From: Macrostomum hystrix
Lineage: Eukaryota > Animalia > Platyhelminthes
Length of the DNA stretch: 64,000 nt
Assembly: GCA_950097015.1 (NCBI GenBank)
Contig: CATNEN010000039.1
Location: forward strand, 15,066,001-15,130,000
Reading direction: 5' to 3'
Positions within the stretch are counted from its first letter, which is position 1. Each line of letters starts with the position of its first letter. The notes beneath the pieces were generated by a model. The model saw only the letters and a list, made by a program, of their open reading frames with translations, was not told where the DNA came from and made no database searches. Below, piece by piece: positions 38,801-53,000 of this stretch. The translations under genes were made by a program, and so were the position numbers.

Positions 38801-41313
38801 TCATTACAGTTTTTATGTAGTAATCAATGGATCATTACCTTATTAAGCAGTAATCAATTGATCATTACAGTTTTTATGTAGTAATCAATGGATTATTACC
38901 TTTATTATGTAGTAATCAATGGATCATTACAGTTATTATGTAGTAATCAATTGATCATTACAGTTTTTATGTAGTAACCAATGGATTATTACCTTTTATT
39001 ATGTAGTAATCAACGGATCATTACACTTATTAAGCAATAATCAATTGATCATTACAGTTTTTATGTAGTAATCAATGCATCATTACCCTATTATGTAGTA
39101 ATCAATGCATCATTACCCTATTATGTAGTAATCAACGGATCATTTAGTTTTTATGTAGTAATCAATGGATTATTACCGTAATCTGGCAGTACTAAATCGA
39201 TAGTATTGACTGACTTCTAAAAAATCGGTAAATTATTGGTCTACTTAGAGTAGTGATTAAAAAAGAATGAGTTTCTCACCTCAAATGCCTGTGCCATCGA
39301 TCGCACAGCTGATAATATAGATACCTAAGCTGCATGAAGATTACCAGATTAGCAATAGACAATGTAAAATTGCTCCATAGCAGCATGTGTAGATTGTGAA
39401 ATCCGTCTAATAGCATGGCTGCGCAGTCGAATGCCAGGTCGGTGTGATAAGAGAAGCTGGACCGGAGTGGAGATGACGCGCCTGACCCACCCGCTGAATC
39501 CCGCCTAGCCAGATGATGCAGGAATCGGACGCACACGTGCCCCGTTGCGGCAGCTAGCATGGCCAATTCAGCTAGCATGAATAGCATGAAATGCGCTGAT
39601 GTATGCAAGCCGATGTACACAGACAGGCCAGACAAGGAGCCGCAGACTGTTAGAACGCAAGCTAGCAGGGTGAGCATTTTAACTCGAACTTTTAACGACG
39701 GCTTACTGGCGGCCGCGTTCATTAAATAATCTAAGCGATCCTTTGTCAGGTGGGTTAGCAGGTGTAGAAAGCCTAGAATGCTGTACCAACCGGACCAGAG
39801 CAGCACCTGCAATGATTGGCCATTTGGCTAAGAATCGAACTCCTGACCTCAAGGCTAAAAAGTACAAAGTATAAAAAACTCTAAAACTCAGTATGTGCCT
39901 CTACCAAAAACATCTGCATTTAATTTATGATTTTAGACATCCAATTCAGGTAGATTTAGGGCGTCAAATAACTAACCGTAACTCAGGTAGACTTCAGGCA
40001 TTAAACATACTGTAACTTCAGGTAGACTTCAGGCATTAACTATACTGTAACTTCAGGCAGATTTAAGGCATTAACTATACTGTAACTTCAGGCAGATTTC
40101 AGGCATTAAACATACTGTAACTTCAGGTAGACTTCAGGCATTAAACATACTGTAACTTCAGGCAGATTTCAGGCATTAAACATACTGTGACTTCAGGTAG
40201 ATTTCAGGCATTAAACATACTGTAACTTCAGGCAGATTTCACGCATTAACTATACTGTAACTTCAGGCAGATTTCAGGCATTAAACATACTGTAACTTCA
40301 GGCAGATTTCAGGCATTAAACATACTGTAACTTCAGGCAGATTTCAGGCATTAAACATACTGTAACTTCAGGTAGATTTCAGGCATTAAACATACTGTAA
40401 CTTCAGGTAGATTTCAGGCATTAAACATACTGTAACTTCAGGTAGATTTCAGGCATTAACTATACTGTAACTTCAGGTAGATTTCAGGCATTAAACATAC
40501 TGTAACGTCAGGTAGATTTCAGGCATTAAACATACTGCAACTTCAGGCAGATTTCAGGCATTAACTATACTGTAACTTCAGGTAGATTTCAGGCATTAAA
40601 CATACTGTAACTTCAGGTAGATTTCAGGCATTAACTATACTGTGACTTCAGGTAGATTTCAGGCATTAAACATACTGTGACTTCAGGTAGATGTCAGCAT
40701 CGGGTGTTAGAACCTTATAATTTCCTTAAAATATGTAAAGATTCGAAAATCTCACCTGATAAAGTGATTGCACATTGAGTATACCGAATATGAAGATGAA
40801 TTTATAAAAGACAAAATTCCAAAATTTGTCTCGAATATGATCCTGTTCCATAACGCGCAGCTCGCCAAACACAGTATTCTGTATAGTCTTGCCAAGCAGC
40901 ACTAGCAGGCAATAGATAGTGTTTATGACCGTCCAGAAGCACCACGGCTCCTCGTTTAGTGCGGTTACGACCTCGTCGAATAGGCTCTCAGCCGTGGCAT
41001 TGACCAGCAGGCGATAAGTGAGGTTGGCCGAGTTAGCGGCTGGACAAAAGCCAGCGGTTGCATTGAATAATTGGAGTCTAGGACAGACCAGATCCTGATG
41101 CCGCAGTTGCTCAGAAATCTGCTGCCGCAGTTGCTGACTACTGTCGGCGCTAATAATCACTAGCAGCATGCCGATGAATAGTCTAGCCTGCAGAGCCAGA
41201 TCGAGGTAGCGCCTATGCACGTGATAAATAGCAGCGCCTAGCAGGGTTACACTGCACACTACGTAAGTTGAGAAATCTGGCAATGGTATCTTTTCCAAGA
41301 ATACTGAAGACAT
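35868..41313 (-). CDS. AMFR: E3 ubiquitin-protein ligase AMFR/gp78-like (multi-TM, RING-H2, CUE, C-terminal VIM/G2BR-like helix), ~654 aa
   Basis: Exons are 41313-40756 (phase 0), 39806-39280 (phase 2) and 36747-35868. Signature segments: FGELRVMEQDHIRDKFWNFVFYKFIFIFG; RING-H2 [71 protein letters not shown]; C-terminal RRRMLARAARR. Confidence 0.92.
36763..38087. repeat. 20/22-bp minisatellite in an AMFR intron (GAGACTCAGATACTGAGAGAGT)
   Basis: Tandem periodicity read directly. Confidence 0.95.
38698..39177. repeat. ~31-bp minisatellite (ATCAATGGATCATTACAGTTATTATGTAGTA)
   Basis: Tandem periodicity read directly. Confidence 0.9.
39976..40692. repeat. 35-bp minisatellite in an AMFR intron (CTTCAGGCAGATTTCAGGCATTAAACATACTGTAA)
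   Basis: Tandem periodicity read directly. Confidence 0.95.
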
Positions 41314-44300
41314 GATGTCAGATTTGAGCGCCGAATATTAAGCAACTCAGCTGCTGGAATCGGCGCTGGGATTCCTGAATAGCAAGGCGCCGCTTTGGAA
41401 ATCTGCAGTAGAATAATATAATAATGTAATATATTATTATATACAATTGACTTTCATAACAGTGATATTCTAATATATTATATATTATGTTAGTAGACAA
41501 ATACTAAGAATGCGACTCAAAGTTGACAGAGGGGAAGTATGTCTGCAAGTGATGTACATAGTCACAAGTACATAGCCACAATGCTACACCACAATCTGTC
41601 AGGCAGTGATTTATGATTTCAGAGGTAACAAATGCATTTAAGCATTGTGACACAAGAGTTCCAGAAAGTTTATACTTGAGTTTTAAAAAATATTTGACAC
41701 TTTTTACCTTAGCAAAGGTAATGATAGGATGCTACTAATTGGTTTATAAAAGTTGTCTAAAAATTTATGGAGGCATTTAAGAACTACAAATAAAAAAGTC
41801 ACAATTTAAGCATAAAAATACTCTATGTGCCATGTACTTCAATACCCTTAAGGGTAAAGAAATATAAGAGCGAGCTTTGTGCCAGCATGCACACTTAGTG
41901 ATGGTGCATATAGATAGGCCTTAACAACACACACACAGACATATTGGTATGAAGGACCAAGGCAATGTTCTACTTCTGTTCGTTATATTATTTTTTGTGT
42001 GCAAACAACAGATAACGACAAAAAAAAGTCTAACAGTAACAAAAAGTCAGTAGTTTAGTCAGACAGTTCTGAAAAGTCTTGGTCAGTCTTTCTTCTTTCA
42101 AACCAGGTAATAGTGCCTAATCCAATAAATGAGGGCACCAAAGCTATTCTTGGGGTATAGACGGCACCATAAGAATTCTTCAAGGTGGCTTTCGAATAGA
42201 GCAGCACTCGTGCCATGCATTTGATGCAGCTTAGCCTTCGCATGGGCCCAGGTGCCCTTGATGGTATTTGTATAGAGTGTCAGATCAGTCCAAACAGCAA
42301 AGAATTATTTATTTGAATGCAAGGTCTTGCGAAATCTTCAGGCTCTATAGAATTTCTGTGCTTTAGCTTCCTGTTCCCCCATATTTGCCAGATTTTGCCA
42401 TAGACATAGATTCAAGTGTCAAGTCACAGCAAAGCCACGTCAGCACAACTTTTTCAAACTCAGAATGCACGTGTGGCATGAATAAAAAAATATAACAAAT
42501 GGAAGTAGAACATTGCCAAGATCAATGCCATGACTAAAAGGCCTAGTTATAAGTAAATAAAGTTGTAGACATGAGAAAATAGAATTAGTTTCATTGCTCA
42601 ATCCTATTCATCAGATTCTTAAACTTCTCTTAACTTTCAAGTGTCTAATTCCAAAAAAACATTTTTAGTAAGCACTTTCTCCAGTACTCTAGTTTCAAGC
42701 CTTTTAAATATTTTTCTTGCATGCACCTAGCATGATCCTGACTATGGCTGTTTGACCCTGTTTTACGGGGCCAGTTTATACCTCTATAGGCTGCAAATTA
42801 GGGTTTTAGCTGCAGTTAAGAAAGAAAAGGGCATGTACAGGTGCAGTCACAATGGTAGGCCTACCTATTTGTGTATACATGCTGCACCTAAAAAGAATCC
42901 CAAAAGCACAATGAAAACTATACATGGATTGGTCCCAGGTCATTTCGGTGACAGTCATTTTGGTGACAGTCATTTTGGTGACAGAATTGGTCAGTTTGGT
43001 GACAACTATTTTTGCACCTAAATATGCTGAGAAAACAAAACAGCCTTCCATGTGAACTATGCATAGGCCTACCTATAGGCCCTAAAGGATTATTAAATAA
43101 TAATTGCGATTTTGTTTTAATCAATATGTGGTGCCAATGACAGGTCTTAATTTTTTTACTTTCCAATGGTACTTTTGAGTAGTTTGGATACTTTCTACTT
43201 GAACAAATAGCAAATTAGCTTCAAACAGTTTTTCAAACAGTTAAAGTGGCACTTGTCCCACTTCAGGTGCACTTTCTGTCCAGTCCAGAGGAATGCTGTG
43301 CCAAGAGCAACGGCTGGCCAACTTTTCCCATATAATATTATGTTTGCTCAAATGGCAAAAATAGTTTTCACTGCATGGCACACATTTTTGATGTTCGATT
43401 TTTTACTGTGTACACTGCAACCTTCCTGACTTCCTGACCAACCATCCTGACAAACTCAATAGGCTCAGTGCTGCAGCCTGCAGGTCAGGACAACAAGCAA
43501 TACAGACAAGAGCTAAAACGTTTTTTATTGGTGGAAATAATTATTTTGAGTAGGAATAGGTAGCGTAGAATAAAAAAACTGGCAATAGGCCCTACACTAA
43601 AATTTAATTAAGCGTGTCTATTCTTTGATTTAGCAAGGACTTTGATTATTTCAACAAAAACAATAATTGTAGCTACTAAATATACTACCAATACTACCAA
43701 CGCTTCTAGCCATGATAAATTGAACGGTTGATGTACATCTAGCTATTTCTCATTGCATTAAGCCTATTAAAGGCCTGAGCAAGTTGTCAATTTGTCAATA
43801 AAATCAGCTTTAGACGCGCGCACTCGGTTTTTCACTAGGCCTATTTTTGGATTCTAAGAAAATAGCTTTGAGAATTGCAAAGTAAGTATTTAAAGACACA
43901 AAGAAAGTTTTTTATTTTAATGACTTTCTTAACAATTGCTGTTTTTTAATGCTTTTCTGCGTATTTATTAAAACTTTGGTTTAAAAATAATTTTCTTTTA
44001 AATTCAACTTTTCTACGACGTCATCGTGTTGTCGTCGACGTCGTCTTCCAACGCAAAGAGGCTGAAGCAGTTTAGTTGAGGCCTGGCTGGAAGTTAGTTA
44101 GCAAAAATTAAGACTGCTCTGAATGGATCAACTGTAATAGTGCAGATGAAATGTTTTTTTTTGTTTTATTCGTTAAGTGATTAGTTATTCGCGAAGAGTT
44201 CTTATTTGACATACTAATTAAAATGATCCAGGTCCTTAAATTAAAATGTAAAAATAGAGCCCCAAGACTAAATTTTTCCTGTAACTTGGCCCTGTACTTA

Positions 44301-44621
44301 GCTCAATCAACTGAATAGGCTGAGTGTTGTCATCTTTATTAATAATGTAAAAAAGCATGAACTTTATTTTTGTCTTGTTGTGAAATAAGTGTTTAGGCCT
44401 ACTTTTTATCAAGTTAGAGTGATTATCCATAGGTAGTCAGAAAGGTGGCACAGCATGCGCCAGAATAAATTTTGGAGGGACAACCTGTGGGCCGTCTGTG
44501 CGCCATCTATGCACCGTCTATGCACTGTTTCTGTCTCCTAACCCTGACCCTACACAGAAAAGCACCCTATGTTAACCCAAGACCCTTTGTGTGCACCGCA
44601 CTCGTGAACCAATGTGCCCCA

Positions 44622-45225
44622 AGACCCTTTGTGTGTGCAGGAATTTTCCCCCTCAGAGGCCACCTTCCTTACTTTGGCTGATCATAACTTATGTAATGCT
44701 GGACCTGTGTATTCTAGGCTAGGCCTATTTTATTTGTCTAGAAACTATAGGTACTTTAAATTTGTGCAAGTCTGCCTTATTGATTTTAATATGTAGGCCT
44801 ATTGCAAATGATTAGGGCCTATTATTAGGCCTAGTTTATAGCCTACAAAATATCTGTCTTTGGGGCCTAGGCTTTGACAAAATGACTTAAACATGGCCTT
44901 TATTTGCTCATTTGGTACAGAGACCCTTTGTGTGTGCAGGAATTTCCCCCTCAGAGGCCACCTTCCTTACTATGGCTGATTAGGCCTATAACTTATGTAA
45001 TGCTGGACCTGTGTATTCTAGGCTAGGCCTATTTTATTTGTCTAGAAACTTTAGGTACTTTAAATTTGTGCAAGTCTGCCTTATTGATTTTAAATATGTA
45101 GGCCTATAGCAAATGATTAGGGCCTATTATTAGGCCTAGTTTATAGCCTACAAAATATCTGTCTTTGGGGCCTAGGCTTTGACAAAATGACTTAAACATG
45201 GCCTTTATTTGCTCATTTGATACAG
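44622..45225. repeat. ~300-bp tandem direct duplication (44622-44920 / 44921-45225)
   Basis: Two near-identical copies, each starting AGACCCTTTGTGTGTGCAGGAATT and ending GCTCATTTG.TACAG. Confidence 0.9.
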
Positions 45226-47046
45226 AAGCACCCTAGGCATATAGTGCATTGGGTGCTTCTAGAGTTGCCAATGATATAGCACTGCAACTGTTCACTTGGA
45301 TAGGTCAGGCCTTTGTAGTAAGAGTGCCAAATTAGTGACCACAGTGTTGACTCTAGCTTGCAAGCCATAGGGCCTATCATCTGTACCAAGTTCTACTGCC
45401 TACAACTGGTGCAGGATATGCTATTGCTCCTGCACAAATAGCCATGGCACCCTACTGGCTTGGCCAGGCTCAAACTTGGCATTTGTCAACTGCCTGCTAG
45501 CTGATATTGGTGCCGACTGCTTTGCTGGCAGTGTAGGCCTATCCACAGTTTGCATCTGGGCTCTGAAATATTCCCTGTGATGTGACACACATTTACTTAT
45601 TGTTTCATCTTGACAGTATACTTTTTGTTGGTTTTTATGTTAGCTAGGGTAATGTATCATCAACCAAATAAGAATGTGTATTTTTTTAACTTCAGACATA
45701 AGCTACAGATTTTCTATTTAAGATATGATGATAAATCAAAAGCCAAGTTATAGAAAACAGTTACATCTTTTTAAAAAGTATCTGCTTTTGCTATTTTATC
45801 AAATAGAAAATAGATATTCCTGCTTTTTATCTAAAACCGAGCAATGATTTTCATGTATCTTCAAACCAAACAGAGAATTTGATGTTTGGTTTTACAATTT
45901 GAGTAAGTGGTTTAATCTTATTTTAAGGAGTGAACTATCATGAATTATGTAATTTGAAAGCATTTTTTATGCTCTATAAATAACTACATTTATGGTCATT
46001 TAATTGGCAAGCAACCACATACAATCTTCGTCTAAAGTACATACTGAAAAAAATGTTGTTAAAAAGTATGCTTTTGCAATAAAAATTTCTACTGAAACAT
46101 CAATATCTTTCTTTGCTCTTAATGTTTCATTGCACATCATGCCTCAGCTTGTAGATAATTTCTTTAACTTTCAAATTAGTTGTTCTGTGAAACACAATAG
46201 CTTGTTTCTGTCTTGAACGAGACCAAGGAAGAAGTCAAAATTCTTGTTCGGTTTTGAAGATACACTGTTTGGTTGATGATACATTACCCTATAGAAATAT
46301 AAAAAATTTTCTTCTCTTAAACAGCAACATTTTAACAGGGCAACTTATTTGTCACCCTATTGGAATAAATGTCAAAAACCTGCAGACGGGCAACACAGGT
46401 ATCAAAAGTGTGGCTCAAAAGGGCGACGAGACACAAAATGCAATAATAACCTAACCAACTAACTATGCTTTATAAAAAAGAAAAGCGACGCGGTGCAGCA
46501 GTGCGATGCCCTGCGATGCCCTGCGATGCGATATGACACTAAAAAAGTCTGAAACTGTGATGTACCGATTTGTCAACTTATTCCAATAGGGATTTGTCAT
46601 TGTATACCAGTCTGTATTTACTGTCCAGCAATATACAATCGAAACTGTAGACACATGCTGAGTATGCATAAAAAAACAGGCCACTGGCCATCTTCTTGCC
46701 AGTGCACCAACTTCATCAAAGCTTCATGTGCAGGTTCTCCTTATCATTTAAGTTCCACATGACTCGCACTTGCTTTTAGGGTCATAATATGATAATTTCA
46801 GGTCTTGAATTCCAAAAATTGTCCTGCACCAATCACTCACAAACTTAAACATCAACAATACTTTGAATTAGCACAAAGCCAAATAGATGTCTTACTTAGT
46901 TGTTGTCAAACAAAATATGTTGATTTGATATTGCAAAAAGTTGCAGATCTACTAAAATTGTTTTCTTGAAAAATTAATAAAGAAATGAAGTACTTAAAGT
47001 AAAGGTATTTGATGTATGCAAAACTTCTCCTGAATTTTTCAGAAAG

Positions 47047-50000
47047 ATGCATTGGCAGTCAACACTATTGGTTGTGGCAATTGTTCTAAGTTGCCTGACT
47101 GGCTGCTTTGCGCCACCAGTTAATAAGAAGACAGGAAAAGTGGTTGAAAAAAAGCCTGGACCTGCTGATGATTTGCTGGTAAGTTCACTCTTGTATGCAT
47201 ACATATGAAAGCTAGAATATATATCTTGAAACTGAAACTCTTGACACACATTCTATTGTGCAAATTTACTATTTCCATAAATAGTAAATGATATTTGACT
47301 TAATGATATTTGACTCAATGACTTCCTATGGCTGCCTCATATTTACAATTTTACAATAAGCTCTTTTAACTCATTAATTTTTCATTCCCATATTCAAACT
47401 TAACATTTGTATTTATTATTTCCTGACTTTTAAAGAAAAAATATTGTTTTTAATACTTGCTGAATTTTCAATAAAATCTGAGAAATTCACAATATCTGTC
47501 GTTTTTCAGGCTTTACAGAAAATCTTTAAAAAATTCAGGTTGTCTAGTTATACATGTAATTATAGTTACTGTTTTAGGACACATTTCTCATGCCATGCTT
47601 TGTGTTCAAGTAGTTACATAGTTAGCTAGAACAGAAATATTTTTAAACCCAACTGGGTCCATTAGCCCACGTCTTAGCTGTTCAGTCCGTGGACTGGTTC
47701 AGGGCACCATAATGTACACGAATTTTCTATCTAATGCTGAGTATACCCATTCTGTAACTGGGTGAATTGTCACTTTATGCATTTTTGTTATGTGGAAACT
47801 ATAAAAAAAAATTACAGAAGACCTACACACCTGATGACTATAAGAAATATGTCGAAGAAGTCTTATCTCATCTTCACACTGACAAGCATTTCAAATCTGA
47901 ATGGGAGAAATTCAAAAATTCTACTCACAAGATGAGTGTATGTTTAAAATTGCCTTTTTAAATATGGTGTGTTTGTTTATTACATGCTGGGATTTATATT
48001 GCAATTTGCTAACATTTTTCTAACGTATTCTTTTTTTCTGGTTGACAAGTGTTTTTATTTTCCTAGAATATGCACCAATGCTAACATTTTTGGTTGACCT
48101 TGATTTCTATTAAACTCATTATATAACATTTAAGATACTAAAATGACCCTTATCAGGCTAATCTACCATACAGCACTTACATAAAAGAAGTGGCACAGAT
48201 TTTGGAATCGGATAAAGTTTTTGCTAGACGTATCCAGAATATGTCAGAGGTTTGTACCAATTCTTTTTCTTGCTTATTTTGCTATTCGTTGTTGTTGTTG
48301 TTGTTGTTTCAATTGGCCTCCAATAATGGATGTACTACGATGATTTGGACATTAAGATTAACTTGATGCACACATATTGAACTAAACAATGTATTTTAAA
48401 ACACATTTTATAGCGTAAAATCTATTAAAATCGGAATTATTCAATAGTTAGACAATTAAGCAATAAAAAAGGTTAATATGAAACATTACTGCATCGTTTA
48501 TAGTGGTCCGTCCAGTGTTAATGATTTATGACTGTCATGTTTTATGAATAAGAGCACATGCCGGTGATTTTAACAACACTTATCTTAATTTGTGTCAATT
48601 AGCCTTTGCATTTCCTAATCATTTAACAGCCTGCCTGCTTCATTAGTTTGCTATTTTATATTAATATTATTAACTGATACCTTTATTTCGTTACAAGAGC
48701 CTAAATAGTAATTAGCAGTTTCAAAATTCACATTTTAAATGTGAAACTCAGGTAATTCTGGTAAGTGAAGCTTTGGATTACAATGGATGGGGTTGAGTAT
48801 ATTAGGGATTTTAGGACATTATGTGGGGGAATTTAGGAGATTGAGTAGGGAGTTCAAGAGATTGAGTAGGGGCCTAGGGAGTTCAGGTGCATGAGTAGGG
48901 AGTTCAAGAGATTGAGTAGGGATTTCAGGAGATTGAGTAGGGACTTCAGGTATTGAGAAGGGAGTTTAAGAAATTGAGTAATGAGTTCAGGGTATTGAGT
49001 AAGGAGTCCAGGGAATTGAGTAGGGAGTTCAGGTGAATGAGTAGGGAGTTCAAGAGATTGAGTAGGGACTTCAGGAGATTGTGGGAGATTAGTTAGAAGT
49101 TTGAGTCGTGTTTATGAGTTAGGGAGATTGAGTAGAGCATTCTTATATAGCCATCTAAGTATAAAACAAAGCTCAGAGGCGCCCCAGCCTGATGATGTCA
49201 CCCATTCGTCCCCTACCGTGCAGGCTGGTGATTTCGCCAGTCAGCTAGAGTTTGTGGATCACGAGGTGCGCAGCCGCCTAGACGAGATCAAGCGCAAAGA
49301 GATTGATCGGCTAAATGCGCTGGAGAAAATGTTGGAGGCTAAGCGAGCCGCGGCCGGTGATCCAATTCGCGAAGCTGAGGTGCCAATCCACCCGGATATA
49401 TTCAACATGGACCAGGAGACCATTAAGAAGGCCCACTTGGATCACGAAAATCCGCACTCGTTTGAGGCGTCCGATTTGGAGAAACTAATACGCCAGGTTG
49501 TGGCCGATATGCATCGAGTGGACGAGGCTAAACAGGTGCGCAATTAGCCAGGGATGGAATCGATTCGATGGGAAAGATAGTAAGGTGACAGAGTAACATG
49601 AATGAGAAGACGACAGAATGACAAGATGAGACAATACGACACAATGACAAGATGAGACTAGGAAGATGACAGAATGACAAGATGTAGGAAGATGACAGAA
49701 TGACAAGATGTAGGAAGATGACAGAATGACAAGATGTAGGAAGTCGACAGAATGACAAGATGAGACTAGGAAGTCGACAGAATGACAAGATAAGTCTAGG
49801 AAGTCGACAGAATGACAAGATTAGACTAGGAAAATGACAGAATGACAAGATGTAGGAAGACGACAGAATGACAAGAAATGACAAGATGAGACTAGGAAGA
49901 CGACAGAATGACAATAAATGACAAGATGAGACTAGGAAGACGACAGAATGACAATAAATGACAAGATGAGACTAGGAAGATGTCAGAATGACAAGATGAG

Positions 50001-53000
50001 GCACTGGAAAGATAACAAGACGATAAAAATATGAAAAGAATTGAGCAAATGATCAATTAGGATAATCAAATATTACGAAAAGGACAAAATCTGATTTTAA
50101 AGAGTTATAATATAACGACAGAATACATAATATAATGTGATTTATAATGACAAGATTAATTAGCCAATCCTAAACCAAAACAATCCAGGAGCAATACAAG
50201 CAATACGAGATGATGAAGGATCATTTGCGCCTCCGCAAGCTGCAAAAGATTAACGACACCAAGGTCAGGCAGGAAGAGGAGAAGCACTATCAGGAGGAGA
50301 AGAAGAAGCATAAGGAGCACGACAAGGTTCATCACCCGGTGCGTGACTTTCTACTGATAGTAGCCTAATGGAAATATACAAAAATAATTATCGATTGCTT
50401 TGGTACATTTCTCAGCAATGCTTGAAATGTCCCCTGTACTAGATAGTTTTTTGCACCAGATTTGTTTTAAAAACAAACAGACCCTGTTCACCTAGTAGGA
50501 TTTTTTTCAAGTAATCCATATTTTCAGTCAGTTTTTACCTGACTCTGGTTAAGGGTCGCGTTAACCCACGCATTTATAACAGATTAACTTACCTATTCAC
50601 CCAGATGCTTCCCATAATTATGCACTGACATCCCTACTGACCCACTGACATCCCTACTGACCCACTGACATCCCATGCTGACCCACTGATATCCATACTG
50701 ACCGACTGACATCCCTACTGACCCACTGACATCCCTACTGACCCACTGACATCCCATGCTGACCCACTGATATCCATACTGACCGACTGACATCCCTACT
50801 GACCCACTGACATCCCTACTGACCCACTGACATCCCATGCTGACCCACTGATATCCATACTGACCGACTGACATCCCTACTGACCCACTGACATCCCTAC
50901 TGACCCACTGATATCCCTACTGACCCACTGACATCCCTACTGACCCACGGATATCCCTACTGACCCACTGACATCCCTACTGACCCTTTGACATCCCTGC
51001 TGACCCACTACAGTAGGGATATATCACTGAAATCACTTCAAAACCGCTGGCATCACTGCTAAACCATTGACATCCCTCATGACTTAATGACATCACTAAT
51101 TGATATTCCCCATTTTATTACTGAGGTGAGTGACCTACAATTATTTTAACTGCAAGCTTTTTTCTACCCTGCATTCATTAGACCTTATATCATGTTTGAT
51201 CCTATGTTATTACTATTGTTGTGCCAGGTCAGAAAATATAAGTACATTGGACTTATTAATTACAGGGCAGTTTGGCACAGCTAACTGATCTTTGGACCAA
51301 TCAGGATGGACTTAGTCAAGATTTCGATGCTAAAACATTTTTTAATTTGCACGGTAATTCTTCTCTAACAAGCTAGATAAAACAATTGAAAATCTCAAAT
51401 CGTTCTTTTTTAAATAGTGGAAAGCGGGTTTTAATGTTCTTTTTATCGATAACGGCATTTTTGTCTATTTTGCCTTGTTCTTTTTTCTTATGCCATTTTT
51501 GTCAAAACTTTTCTTAGAACTTAATCTAGCTAGTTTATGAAATTGTTTGCCAACCACTGCAGCCTCATGGCTACTGAACTCTCAACCCAATGACCCAACC
51601 ACTGCAGCCTCATGGCTACTGAACTCTCAACCCAATGACCCAACCACTGCAGCCTCATGGCTACTGAACTCTCAACCCAATGACCCAACCACTGCTGCCT
51701 CATGGCTACTGAACTCTCAAACCAATGACCCAACCACTGCAGCCTCATGGCTACTGAACTCTCAAACCAATGACCCAACCACTGCAGTTTCATGGCTACT
51801 GAACTCTCAACCCAAGGACCCAACCACTGCAGCCTCATGGCTACTGAACTCTCAACCCAAGGACCCAACCACTGCAGCCTCATGGCTACTGAACTCTCAA
51901 CCCAATGACCCAACCACTGCAGCCTCATGGCTACTGAACTCTCAACCCAATGACCCAACCACTGCAGCCTCATTGCTACTGAACTCTCAACCCAATGACC
52001 CAACCACTGCAGTCTCATGGCTACTGAACTCTCAACCCAATGACCCAACCACTGCAGCCTCATGGCTACTGAACTCTCAACCCAATGACCCAACCACTGC
52101 AGCCTCATGGCTACTGAACTCTCAACCCAATGTCCCAACCACTGCAGCCTCATGGCTACTGAACTCTCAACCCAATGACCCAACCACTGCAGCCTCATGG
52201 CTACTGAACTCTCAACCCAATGTCCCAACCACTGCAGCCTCATGGCTACTGAACTCTCAACCCAATGACCCAACCACTGCAGCCTCATGGCTACTGAACT
52301 CTCAACCCAATGACCCAACCACTGCAGCCTCATTGCTACTGAACTCTCAACCCAATGACCCAACCACTGCAGCCTCATGGCTACTGAACTCTCAACCCAA
52401 TGACCCAACCACTGCAGCCTCATGGCTACTGAACTCTCAACCCAATGACCCAACCACTGCAGCCTCATGGCTACTGAACTCTCAACCCAATGACCCAACC
52501 ACTGCAGCCTCATTGCTACTGAACTCTCAACCCAAGGACCCAACCACTGCTGCCTCATGGCTACTGAACTCTCAACCCAATGACCCAACCACTGCAGCCT
52601 CATGGCTACTGAACTCTCAACCCAATGACCCAACCACTGCAGCCTCATGGCTACTGAACTCTCAACCCAATGACCCAACCACTGCAGCCTCATGGCTACT
52701 GAACTCTCAACCCAATGACCCAACCACTGCAGCCTCATGGCTACTGAACTCTCAACCCAATGACCCAACCACTGCAGCCTCATGGCTACTGAACTCTCAA
52801 CCCGATGAACCAACCACTGCAGCCTCATTGCTACTGAACTCTCAACCCAATGACCCAACCACTGCAGCCTCATGGCTACTGAACTCTCAACCCAATGACC
52901 CAACCACTGCAGCCTCATTGCTACTGAACTCTCAACCCAATGACCCAACCACTGCTGCCTCATGGCTACTGAACTCTCAACCCAATGACCCAACCACTGC

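Noticed and set aside
42940-43005. GTCATTTTGGTGACA x4 as a DNA-transposon subterminal repeat
   Set aside because: I found no matching inverted end or TSD.
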